Shown here in pieces: positions 13,501-25,119 of a stretch of 64,000 nucleotides of DNA. Both the position numbers and the translations under genes were made by a program. The stretch lies in the NCBI GenBank assembly GCA_047495785.1, contig JBLDXI010000013.1, forward strand, positions 1,488,001-1,552,000, written 5' to 3'. The notes beneath the pieces were generated by a model, which was not told the DNA's origin, made no database searches, and saw only the letters and a program-made list of their open reading frames with translations. The DNA comes from Lepidodermella squamata. Taxonomy: Eukaryota; Animalia; Gastrotricha. Position 1 is the stretch's first letter. Each line of letters opens with the position of its first letter.

Positions 13501-15312
13501 CGAAGGAAGATGCTAAGAAGATTCATGATGACGTAGTCGTAAAGAAAATAGAAAAAAGCGAGGAGGTTTTCGAGACGCTTTTCTCCAGTCGAGGGAAAGG
13601 TCACATGCGAGCAGTGTTTCAGCTTTACGAGCATTTCTATAAGAAAACAATAGAAGAGGTAATCAAGGACGCTTACTCCAGCGATACCGAACGGGGTCTT
13701 CTGCTCATCGTGGCTGCGGTCAGAAATGAAAGTGCCTACAACGCCCGGTTGTTGCACACTTCACATGATGACGAAATTATTAGAATCGTTCTATCCCGGT
13801 GTGAAATCGATCTGGAGGAAGTCAAGAAAGACTATGAGCGACTCTACAATCGATCTTTGACGGAAAACGTGCAAGCTAGGATCGAGGAGCAGGCTGCTAG
13901 AAATTTCATTCTAGAACTTGTTGAGCCCACAGAAGGCGATATGAAAACTATTCGAGCTTCGGTTTCATCTGCGAAGAAATCTATCAGCCGAGAAAACACC
14001 CGACCAGTCAGCGTGAAGACTACCCATACAGCGATTGTGAAACAGCGACTTTATGAAGTCAGGCAAAAACATGTTGGAAAAGTGGAAGTACAATTTGCGC
14101 AATTAAAGATAACACTCAATCCTAATACATTATTTTATTAGCTTCGACATAGCCCGCCAAACATTCCAACTTTGGTCCCGGCTGCTGACTTCGATGCTGA
14201 TGCTGACTGCGAAAAGCTTCACGATGCTTTGCAAAAAACCGATATTGACGAAAATGATGTTATCGAAGTCCTGGCAAAACGATCGTGGAAACAACGGAAA
14301 GAGATCGAAGACCTTTACAAGAAGAAGTATGGTCAAAATCTCGAGCAAGCATTTTCGTCTTCCGAGGCCAACTTCAGCCAGCTCATCCTGGATTTACTTA
14401 AGCTTCCCGCTGAACTCGATGCGGCCGAGCTAAAGAAGTCATTTGACGAGGATGATGGCGAAGCTTTTGATAAAGCTGACCTCTATGATAACCTCTCGGA
14501 AATCCTATGCCCAGATACTGCAGAGGAATTGAAAGATCTGAAGCTTTACTACAAGAAGAGTGAGAAATGTTGCTAACTAGAAATATTCATTTTCTAGCTA
14601 CTTTTATTTGCAGCGTATTCCGTGGATCTAGAGAAGATGATAACGCAAAAAGTTACCAACAAGTTTCTTCGACTGTTTTTCCTCGCGATCCTGAACCGGC
14701 CCTCTTTCGTCAAGGAGAAACAATCCGACATACTTTCAAAGGCTAAAAAAGATGCGGAGAGACTAGTGAAAGCTGTCAATGGGAAGACATCAGAGGACGC
14801 TTTTCATTCGCTGATCATTGAAATTTTCACTAAACGATCACCATTGTTCTTACGGGCCGTTTTCGATCACTATGACGTTGATCCTAAATCCCTGACAATT
14901 GAAACTATTGAGGATGCTATATCAGCAAAGTTCAAGGAGGATGAAACAGCTTGTCATAGTTTGCTGGACTTTGGTAAACGAATTTTGAACAATATTTTTC
15001 TGTCTATGACCTGATTTTCTTACAGTTGAGATGACGAGGAGCTTGCACGCGTATTTTGCGTACCGGATGGAGCACACAATCTCAAGCTCGCACTACAACT
15101 GGTTTTCACGTGTCATCGTATCGCGGTGTGAGATCGATCTTGGCAATATAAAGGAAGAGTACATCCGGATCTTCGAGCGGACACTTGCCGATGACATAGA
15201 GGAAAAAACTAGCATCGATTATCGCAACGCTCTTCTCGCCCTTGTTAACGGCAATCAAGACGACGTTGTAGTAGAAAACGATGAGGAAGAAGAACACCAT
15301 GAATCCACTTGA
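7538..15312 (+). CDS. RP1-like multidomain protein: 2x doublecortin, 2x PLAT/LH2, 2x beta-trefoil-like, Pro/Lys-rich linker, three annexin cores (17 exons, ~2,299 aa)
   Basis: Exons 7538-7969, 8020-8283, 8333-9008, 9062-9225, 9279-9994, 10042-10100, 10157-10358, 10412-10908, 10964-11356, 11411-11995, 12050-12400, 12454-13037, 13087-13412, 13472-14057, 14142-14559, 14614-14973, 15026-15312 join in one frame (6,900 nt). DCX (FYKDGD..F...GVRAIYSPGG), PLAT (YDVIVKTGD..GTQG..FGERGDTG..FPANRWL), annexin (PTL.P...FD..AD...L; R..VSRCEIDL..IK.EY). Confidence 0.85.
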
Positions 15313-15443
15313 TGCATTTATAATAATCTTAAAAATTGTAGACAAAAATTTACACTATGATATGTTTTTGATCGATATTGTTACTATGTCTGAAATAAAA
15401 TTGCTGAAAAATTCGCAATCGACCTCAAAATTCAGCTATTTAC

Positions 15444-16757
15444 ATGGCTAATACCGTATTTATTGTAATTAAAAAGATCCGCGATGGTGCGATTAGGAAA
15501 CAGGCTGCTGAAATGTTGGTCAATGCAGTTGTTGAATTGACACGCTGGCTAGTAGAGGTAAGTTGAGCTAATCCTATATCACCTTGACTTCACTTTCTCT
15601 CAGGAGAAAAAATGCAATGTAATCATGGAAAAATGGCTCTATCAAGTAGTCACTGGAGGAGCAGCTGCTTTCAGTGCGAAAACAGTGGATCGAGTGGTGC
15701 CTTACCCGGGTGATAAAGATGGCTTCGCTGCTACTTTGCTAAGATCCCTAACCGATATCGTTGTTTGCATCGGAAACGATGATGCACTCATCTATGCAAA
15801 TTATCTGTTTCAAGAAAAACCAGCTCCACTTGTTTTGCCATTTCATGAGGGCTCTCTAGGTTTCTCGATGATATTGAGTTTGGACGATATCAGGCCGCGA
15901 ATCGTAGCTGCTTCCCTTGGAAGGCTGAAAACAACGGAAAGGACTCGCCTAAAATGCACTCTAATGTCATTTAGCAGAGCTAAATTTACAGCTGAGGAAG
16001 TCGAGGTGATGACTAAAGATGGATTAACCTCGAAGAATAAGAGTGCAGCAACCCCTGATAGTCATTACAACAAACAATTCTCAGTTGAATCACGAGAATT
16101 GCCTGCAAACTTAAAACGCCATCAAGAGGTAAGGGAATGGTCCTACAACGTCCTTAGTGAGGTGATCATCAGGCGCGGCCGCTCGCCCTACTTGGTCGAC
16201 TTGGAAGTTTTCGTGAATGATCAGTTTCTAACATTTGTCAAGGTAAAATTGGTTGTATTTGTTGAACCTTAGATTAAATGTTATCACCAGGCTGAAGGCT
16301 TGTTAATTTCTACTCCGACGGGTTCTACGGCTTACAATGCTACTTGCGGTGGTAGCATGGTCCATCCTTTATCCAAGGTCATTCTAGTAACACCAATACG
16401 TCCTTCTTCATCTTCACTCAAGCCGATAATATTACCTCAAGGTATTATTCGAAAAATGTCCCGATCTCTTATAAAAACGTGTTAATTTTAGATTCAACGA
16501 TTCTCATAAGATCTACACCATCCAGGAACGCTTCAGAAGTCGTTGATGCGCACATCAGTTTCGACGGGCGTCACAAGTTTTTGTTTGAGGCTGGCGATCA
16601 GCTGAAAGTCTCGAGGGCTGAACGGTCTATAATTACAGCCAATTGCAACCAGGCTCATGAAAATTCCAAAAATATAGCCGATTGGGCAACATCACTTGCT
16701 CACAGTCTTCACTGGACAGAGTCGGATGTTGATCTTAGTTCGTTTTTCAAAAAATAA
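15444..16757 (+). CDS. NADK: NAD kinase family protein with divergent motifs (4 exons)
   Basis: Exons ~15444-15557, 15604-16242, 16291-16441, 16493-16757. Motifs FHEGSLGF, VLSEVIIRRG, EGLLISTPTGSTAY..GGSMVHP..TPI, SFDGR. The GGDG motif reads GNDD. Confidence 0.85.
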
Positions 16758-17025
16758 TAATAAACTGCCTGGTATATTAATACGAGCCTTCAACTTTATT
16801 TTACTTCGGTGATCGTTTAATTAATTAATTATGAGAAAAGTATAATGAGTAACCAGCGAGCATGATTTCCCCCACCGACATGGAGACATAAAAAGACAAA
16901 ATTAAGGACGATTTTTGCGGTTTTGCGTGATTTTCGAACTTTCAATGGTCGTCGTAAATAGCACGGTCTGTTTCTTCCTCAGCGCTGATCAACAAATCGA
17001 TGCCTCTCCGGCGCAGGCAGACTAG

Positions 17026-18109
17026 TCAGGTCGATTTTTTCATACCAGACTGCTCCCAGCGGCACTCGCTCGCCACCTGGTAGCAGGCATGCACCATTTT
17101 CATGTCGTAGGGCGTTACAGGGTGGACAAGAATCTGCGGCGTTTTCATCGTCGCCATTTTACACAGCGTTTCAATGTCGTGGCGAATATTCCTATTATCG
17201 CGCTCGTCCAGAATCAACTTGACCTGATCTTGCGGCATTGGTACTACGTCGACCGAACCTGAAATTGCTAAATGAACCGAAACGTAGACCTCTTCAAGCG
17301 GGAAAGGCTGCATAGCTGTTGCCCCGCAACGAAGCTTAGAATGCGTAGATCCCGAGAACATGTAACCGGCTCGGAAGCAGTGTTGAGGGTAAGCCTCGTA
17401 TTTGAACAGATCTTTCGAAACGTAGAACTTGGAGTTTTGATCTCGAACGACCTTGACCCCGTCAACAACAGGGCAAAACAGGAAGTGGCGCTTATCAGAC
17501 CCGCGTTCTTTTTCAGTCTGCTTGAACGCTTCAATAGCTGCTTGAACCTGCAAAATTTTAGTTGAAAAATCGGGTATATATGGCGAAAAATATTACGTTA
17601 GCGTAAACATCGTCATTTGTCTTCAGGATGAAGAGTCGAGCTTGAGACGGTCTGCCGAAGAAGCCGAGCGAATGCTGTTGATAGATCCATTCCAGCATGA
17701 GACTGGCCTTATCAGCCCGGAAGCGGTAGTCTTCATCGCCCTGGAAAACCAGCAAATCCCAATGATTTCTTTGCTCGACGTGCAACATATGGGCATAAGT
17801 TCCGTTATCGCGATCTGACTCGCAGCGGTCAACGCCGGTTACGATGAAAAACGGCCCGAAAGCGTTGGCTTTTTTCATCAACTCAGGCCTGCCCCACGTT
17901 TCGCGGATAGCCTGGCGAAGTTCGAAGTTGCGAAGCTGCGAGAAAACGACTACAACCGTTGTAATTTTCGGATCTCGCCTTGTTGGAGCTGCAGTGGCTT
18001 CGGTGACGTCGGAAGAATTGGTAACCTGCGCCGGAACAACCGTTGTTGTCTCGGTTTGGGCAGAGGCGATAGAAATCAGCGCTACGACGAGGAAGAACGG
18101 CTTCAACAT
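17026..18109 (-). CDS. GT31 (beta-1,3-galactosyl/GlcNAc-transferase-like) glycosyltransferase, 2 exons
   Basis: RQAIRETWG, ILKTNDDVYAN, YPQHCFRAGYMFS, FPLEEVYV match GT31 motifs. N-terminal hydrophobic signal and Thr-rich stem; ~46-bp intron near 17550-17596. Confidence 0.85.
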
Positions 18110-19272
18110 TGCTATAGTGTGCTATTTACTCCTTAAAAACCCAATCGCATTTTGTGGTGAACAACGCCCCGTTTTCGCCGCCTTAAAAAGTGTTTCTTGA
18201 CATTTTTACGACTCGTCGTTTATTTTTCGAAGATTACACGCAAAAATTTATCATCGGCGGGCTTTTTATCCATGCCGTCGTTCGAAACATCTGCGCAATT
18301 ACCTGGTCGGTTTTTCGTGTGTTTTTTTACGTCTACCATTCGGTGAATTGTATGTTTGTTGGTGTTGGGAACTAAAAAATTAAGATTGATGGGAATATGG
18401 ATATATGATGCAATATAATAACCATATAAAACTTGTGCATTTTTATGGCGGGGCTACTACCCGGCCGATGTAGTGTAATGAAGCAGGCGCGAAAAAACCT
18501 TGCAGTTTTATACCGCAAGCAACGCGCCTTTTGTTTGTTATCAGAGGCAGAAGCGCGCTCTTCAACTGGCAGGCGCGGTTATTTCCCGCCGTTGCCCTGC
18601 GTGAATAGGCGTTTTTGTTTATCGTAAAACGATAACAAATCGTCATCACCCGCGTAGGATTATGAAGCTAAAAAGGCATAAATAATATAGCCATTTAGCC
18701 AATGAGTAAAAAATACTGTCTATTCGGAGATATATTCAGACATTTTTCTCATGCTAGAAAATAACCGCTTAAAAAACGTGCTTTCCTATACGCGATCATC
18801 ATGACTTTAAAATACGTAAGTTATTCTTTCCATTTTTTTACCCATAATTTTATGCTGGGCGATGGTTGTCTCTTGCTTTTGCGCGATAAGCTCTGTGCTG
18901 GCATAAATTCGATAACTTACCGGCCCGTTAGCGATAAAATCACTGCGCGAAAATGACCCTCGTGGGGCGCGCGGCGACTCGCAACCATCCACTTAACGAC
19001 CAAAAAAACAAAAACCTCCAGAATAATTATTCCAATATCACTAAAAACACGCCGATTTATTCTATAAATTATTGCTTACACGATAAAAATGTTTTCCGCG
19101 TTAAAATTGAGGGCATTTCACTTGCAATCTGTGATGCGTTAAATTCATATTAATTTTTCGCAAGTTGTTTGGTTGCACTTGCGGTGCTAGAAAAACTGTT
19201 CTTTCCTCATATATAGCCACGCGGTTTTTTTATCAAGTGATCTGTTGATAATTGTTTTGCTATTATTCAATT

Positions 19273-21278
19273 ATGACTGCTATATTAACTGCTAAAACGC
19301 CGAATGCAAGGAAGCAGCAGTACTCATCGAATATTAGCACGCGGAAAGTAGGCGACGATGACAGCAGCGACGACCACGCCAGCACAGGAGGGCCGCTTGA
19401 TATAGCCAGTCAAAAACAAAAGCGCCTGATGTTATTATCGCCGACGACGATGCGCCATCAGCAGCCGGCGCCGACGTCGAGCGTCAACGCGCTCAGTATT
19501 AATAAAAAGACGGGTGCTGTCAATAAATACAGCACAGCAAAAAATATTAGTAATAGTGGTGCCATCGCTAGTATAAATAATAACACCAGCGGCCCTGGTG
19601 AGGCTAATTATAACTCGCCGGATGACTTTGCTGGCGCGCTCTACATTAATAGAAATAGGCTCACCGCCGTTCCAATAAGTAGTAGTAGCCTACAAAACGC
19701 AACCGCGAATTATTCAATCATCGATTATCGCCTCAACCGGACAATTGAAATCGACCTAGTTGGAAATTTAACAGTAAATAACTTGAAACCTATTATATTA
19801 TGCTACCGAATGGACGTAGAATTTTCCCGCGCGCGCCAGGTTTTTAACTGATCGATTTTTTTAAACTCAAATAAAAAGCGCGAGAATTCTAGTTCCTTTT
19901 GGTAGTATAAAGATATATTCGGAATTTATGACAAATTTAATTTTCGTTTTTATCTAACCAGGCTCAGCAAACATTTGCGCAAACAACATCGGTTCCGACA
20001 TCGATCAGCAGCATGGCTGGCACGGTGTCTAGTTCGGCAATAACAGCTACAACGTTATTGCTTTCGGCTACAGCGAATCGACGCGTCTCTTCGTTGTCAT
20101 TCAGTGAATCATCGGCGACTTTCATCTCGACAAATCCGGTCAATTCTTCGCTGCTAACCGCCGGTGAAAACGGCGCTATTCTAGTATCACCTTACTACAG
20201 CGACGGCAACGAAAGTGGCCTCCTGGCCCCGGATAATTCCACCTTTCTTCCAACAACGCCAGGTAAATTACAAAAGTAGAAAAGGCAATGGTTTCAGATT
20301 TTATTATCGATCAAATGATCTATTATTGATATGGTATTATCATCTTCGTCCATGTCGCCGGTGCGATGTCGCGATAATTAACTACTACAAAGGTTTTCCC
20401 GCAAAAAAAATCAATACATACCCTTAGCGAATTATTACTGTGCCAAGAGTAGAGCTTGTAGGGAATTACAATGTAATAGAGATCGGAAGTTGCCTATTCA
20501 AATAAGCCGTCGTATATATATCTCGACGGGGCTACCATATTAATTTCATCGCAAAAATTGATACTATATATCATCTATATTCTTCCGGCATTATTTACTG
20601 GAAGGGTAGTAAAATATGAAGAAAAACAAGCACCAAAAGCTGTTTTACGCCTTTCCGCCCTTCGAAAATGTTAACGGGTCAACACGGGATGGTAACGCGT
20701 CGTCGCTAATTGGCTATGTTTATTACTCTCTAGACAAAGTGTTCATCGGCTTCGATCTGTTCGAAATCTTCTGCATCGTTTTCGTCGTCACCCTGTGGCT
20801 GTACCTCGTAAGCCAGTTCTACGCAGCTTGGCGCAAGTACGCATGCGTCCATGCCGCGCCTCGATTTCCTCGACCTCGGCGTAAGCAATTCGCAAATTTA
20901 CGAAGCAAGGTGACCGGGTTGATGCGAAGCTCATCGAGCCCTAACAAGCGGGGTTCGGGCGAGTCGAGTATGCTGTCTGCGTCAACTTCAGCATCGAGCA
21001 AGCAAACAATCGGCGAGCGATCGCTTTCCCTGCCCGGCAATATGCTCAGCGTAGTCGAAGCGAGTGATCTGCAACTGATCGATCCGAAGAGTAAGTCGCG
21101 CGGCTCGAAGTTGAGTACGAAAAAGCGGCCGAGCGTGATTCAGGACGACGAAATCGGTGAGCAGAACGAGCAACAAGTGATAGCAACTGCCAAGAGCGGT
21201 GATAACGATTTCCTACTCGTAAAACCTTCACCGCATCAATCTAGCGTTCAGATAGTTTCCACTGTTAGCGTCGTGTGA
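19273..21278 (+). CDS. Uncharacterised single-pass membrane protein with low-complexity Ser/Thr/Asn-rich N-terminus and Ser/basic cytoplasmic tail
   Basis: Exons ~19273-19839, 19962-20262 and ~20734-21278 are phase-compatible. Hydrophobic segment IFCIVFVVTLWLYLVSQFYAAW followed by basic residues. No family recognised. Confidence 0.55.
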
Positions 21279-21365
21279 AAAATTTACGATTATTATATAA
21301 TATTTCATCAAAAATTACAAAATATTTCCTCTGCTTTTCATTTTTTCATGTCAGCTTTTTCATCG

Positions 21366-22330
21366 GTTCACCGACATTTGCGCCAACTGAGCAGCGCTAA
21401 ACGACATTTGCGCACGACATTTGCGCTAACGACAACTGCGCTAAAAACTGCGCTAAAAATAAAAACGACATTTGCGCCAACGACAACTGCGCCAAAAACT
21501 GCGCCAAATGAAAATCCGACATTTGCGCTAACGTCAATTGCGCTAAAAACTGCGCTAAATTTATAAACGACATTTGCGCCAACGACATTTGCGCTAAATC
21601 TAATACTTATTCCATACCAATTTAAAAATTAACCAATTTATTTATTACCCTAATATTTACCGTATCACCCGAATTAAGCGAAAGTCTCATAATTCAATTC
21701 TGGCAGCCTCATGAAAGAGACAGCGGTTTCGAAAATTCAAAAAACTGTTTATTTCGGGTAATTTGGTAGTCAGTGCCGGTTCATTTCTCCAGATAATGAC
21801 CACCGTCAAATTTTGACCGGCCTCCAGCGGTCGTTTGAAGTTAAGGGCCCCCTCCCCTGAGGTGCTTTAATCTGAGGTGCCAGTATTTTCATCGGGCCCC
21901 TATAGGCAACCGCCTCCTTTGCCTGCGAATGGATGGCAGTATGATAGCTGGAAACCAAGCACACCAAGCATCAAGCACAAGCCATCAGTGTAACCTTACA
22001 GGCGTCTCAAATAATATTATTGAATTGCAAATTATTTTTTATGGCAGTAATAAATAAATTGGTTAATTTTTAAATTGGTATGGAATAAGTAATAAATTTA
22101 GCGCAGTTGTCGTTGGCGCAAATGTCGTTTATAAATTTAGCGCAGTTTTTAGCGCAATTGACGTTAGCGCAAATGTCGGATTTTCTTTTGGCGCAGTTTT
22201 TGGCGCAGTTGTCGTTGGCGCAAATGTCGTTTTTATTTCTAGCGCAGTTTTTAGCGCAGTTGTCGTTAGCGCAAATGTCGTCGCGCAAATGACGTGGCGC
22301 AAATGTCGTTGGCGCAAATGACGCCATACG
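21366..22330. mobile_element. Non-autonomous foldback/Mutator-like element with ~280-bp modular TIRs and 9-bp TSD
   Basis: Left arm (~21372-21648) and right arm (~22047-22325) are reverse complements built from CGACATTTGCGC(C/T)AA / AACTGCGCTAAA subrepeats. Flanked by direct repeat TTTTCATCG at 21357-21365 and 22331-22339. Confidence 0.9.
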
Positions 22331-25119
22331 TTTTCATCGCATAAATAAAATATTCCGACGAAAAATATATTTTCAGAAATTTTTGGAAAGTGAGATAACT
22401 TCAAATTTCAGCGGTCAAGTTCGCCATTTCAGACAAGCAGTTATTCGGCTAAATGACGGATTATGTGCCTGCAAGCCAACCAGACACGCTCTAGCTTATA
22501 TTCCGGAAGACATAAATTAAGCGTCGCCTAAAGTCGCTTACTTAAACTGTTTCACACTGTATATACTAGTATATACTACAGAAAACATAAACTGTCTGAA
22601 CGGTTGTGGTTGGTGTCGGACTTACAGGATGAAGATGCAGCGAAAAACACCTGATATTTCGGCCGTCTGCACCGCGCGTTAACTCACTTTTCTGCGCCAA
22701 AATCTAGCACGACACTTAATATATTGTTGTAGCGACTGCCGACAAGCAAGCCTCATTATTTGGCAGACATGCCGCCAAACGCCACAGAGTTAATAAAGAT
22801 ACCAATCTCGTGTAGATTTAGAACACCATCATTTTATTAATAAATTCTGTATTATTTCAACAATAATTTTTCTGTCAATCCTAAATTAGGATTATTTTTT
22901 CTTGCCTAATTAAATAATAATTAATCAAATTGTTTATAGATAAACAACGCGCAATCTTATACGACGATAATAGGACGACGCCTCGGATTGTCATTTTTCA
23001 CCGTAAAAAGGCCAAAGAATAATATTAGTATTTATAAACCTTGCGAGTTAAGCTTTTTCGTTTTTCAAGCTGTGTCGAGAGCGGAAATATAACGGCCTAA
23101 TTAAAATGGCTGTCACAGTTTGACTGAGCAGAATTAATTATTACCTATTAAAGGCATACGCACGTTTTGCGCACAGCGCCGTTCATGATGCAGTTTTTCT
23201 TTTTTAGCGCGTCACTTTTGCGGCTCCGGGTTCCATCGTTGCGCTCTCTTTCCGTTTCGTCATTATCTCTTGCGCGAGATGGCGATAACGGTAAAAACGC
23301 AACTTCGCAGCGGGCAACAATAGGCGCATCGGCTTTTGTTCTATAATTTTTAATTGTTCGAGAAAAGTTTTGTCTGTCAAATTTTAATGTTTGCCAATTA
23401 ATTACTGCACGCAGCAAATCTCCGTCGCTCCGTCGCTTGAACTTTTACCACTCTAATAACGTTTCAATCTAATAATTTTTTCTCCAATTTTTTAGGAAGA
23501 GAATTTTGAATTTTCGCTACGTATAATTTTAACAAACAGTTCCACTGGGCTATTACACCTTCGTAAACATAGATTTATCAAGTTTAAAAGTGTTAAAATA
23601 CGTAGAAATTACGTCAATAATTAGATGATACTAAGGTGAATCCACCTGCACTACACGCGACACTTTGATATACTATAATGTTTTTTTATAACTCATTTGT
23701 TGAGCGAAGCGCCTTATTTAACAAAACGTCCAGGGTGCGATTCATAATACCTGTTCAAAACGTGAGCACTAGAAAAATCTTTCGCGTCATATTTGCTGAT
23801 TCATCTCCATCACGTTACCTCTAATTTCTAATTCGTGAAACTACTAAAACAGTATTTTAAACCTGTTTGCCTTTAAACTGTTCGTTTACTGACGTCACTC
23901 GGGTTGTAAACTTCTGACCACATGATGTTATCCCACGCGTTTTTTAGTCATCTCCGTTTCATTGTTACACAGATATAAGGGCAAGAGGTTCTGCGTTTTG
24001 CCGCATTCTTCTTCGTTTCATTTCGTGAATTCTTTTTAGGATTTAACCGCGGAATATAATTCCCACTTGTTCTGCAGTGTGAGATGGATGAGCGGTTTTT
24101 GTTTCTGGCGGGCGAGCGCTAAAATGCGCGCACTTCAAATACCGCGGTTCCATCACGTCCCGGTGCCACCAGCGTCAAGTATTATATGCGCGCGGCAATT
24201 TTTCTTAGTCAAATGACATGCTTTTTTAATTATTCTTCCGTGATGAATAACGCCAAAAAATCGAGGTATTTTTTTAATGCGCTCATTATAACGCGCTTCG
24301 TCATAAGAATTGTAGTTCTAATGCGCGTCTAGACTCGAGCAAGTTTTTTCTCAAGTTTCAAGTAAATTCTTTTGTTCGAGTTATATGCCTCGAGCTGGCT
24401 TCCCTGTTGGGCAGTACAAACGCCGGTTCGTGAGGCGGATAACAGTTTAAAAAGATACTACACATCGTCATCATAATACGGCTTTAATGCGCTCATGCTA
24501 CAAGCGAATAGCAAGTTAAACATCATCTAAATATCATAAGCATTCGTTGTAGTGATCTCGTGCAATTAGGCAGTTATAACGTAGGCGAAGGCGGCAGCGC
24601 TAGTTCTTATAAGGTGCCAGCTTAGGGCGACTGGGGTCATTGTACACGAGCGCTAACTCACCCTTAAAAAACTGCGGCTACATATATATCTCGATGAATA
24701 ATATTAATATCATCAACTGTGTCAATTTCATTTTGCTATATATGCGTTCAAAATGGCGCCCTCTTTGAATCATATCATCCGTAGTTGTTTCGTTTTATGA
24801 TACCACACGTCAATGCCGCAATGATGTGAAAATTGTGCAAAACATTAGCGGCGCGTGCGACATCCTGCGCCTAAATATACTTGTAGTTGAATCACCGCAC
24901 CACCTTAATAAATTTAACCGCGATTGAAAAACATGCCATGGCTCCCGCCCTCGCTTGTAAACATCATCAAAGAGCCACTTTACTAGAGTTACCGATAATA
25001 ATTTATTACCTTTGAATTGTGGGAAAAAAACCTCACCGCAAATATACTTACTCTTGAATATTATTCTTATCAAATTCATAGATTTTTATTGAAATAAACT
25101 TGAATACTCTTTCTTAAAA

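Noticed and set aside
21372-22325. CRISPR-like array, or repeat ORFs such as MSLAQMSF.../DICANDNCAK...
   Set aside because: No unique spacers; repeats form inverted arms with a TSD in a eukaryotic context. The ORFs are by-products of the repeat.
22340-25080. Short ORFs in the intergenic region
   Set aside because: No motifs, no consistent splice structure, AT-rich; likely regulatory or non-coding.
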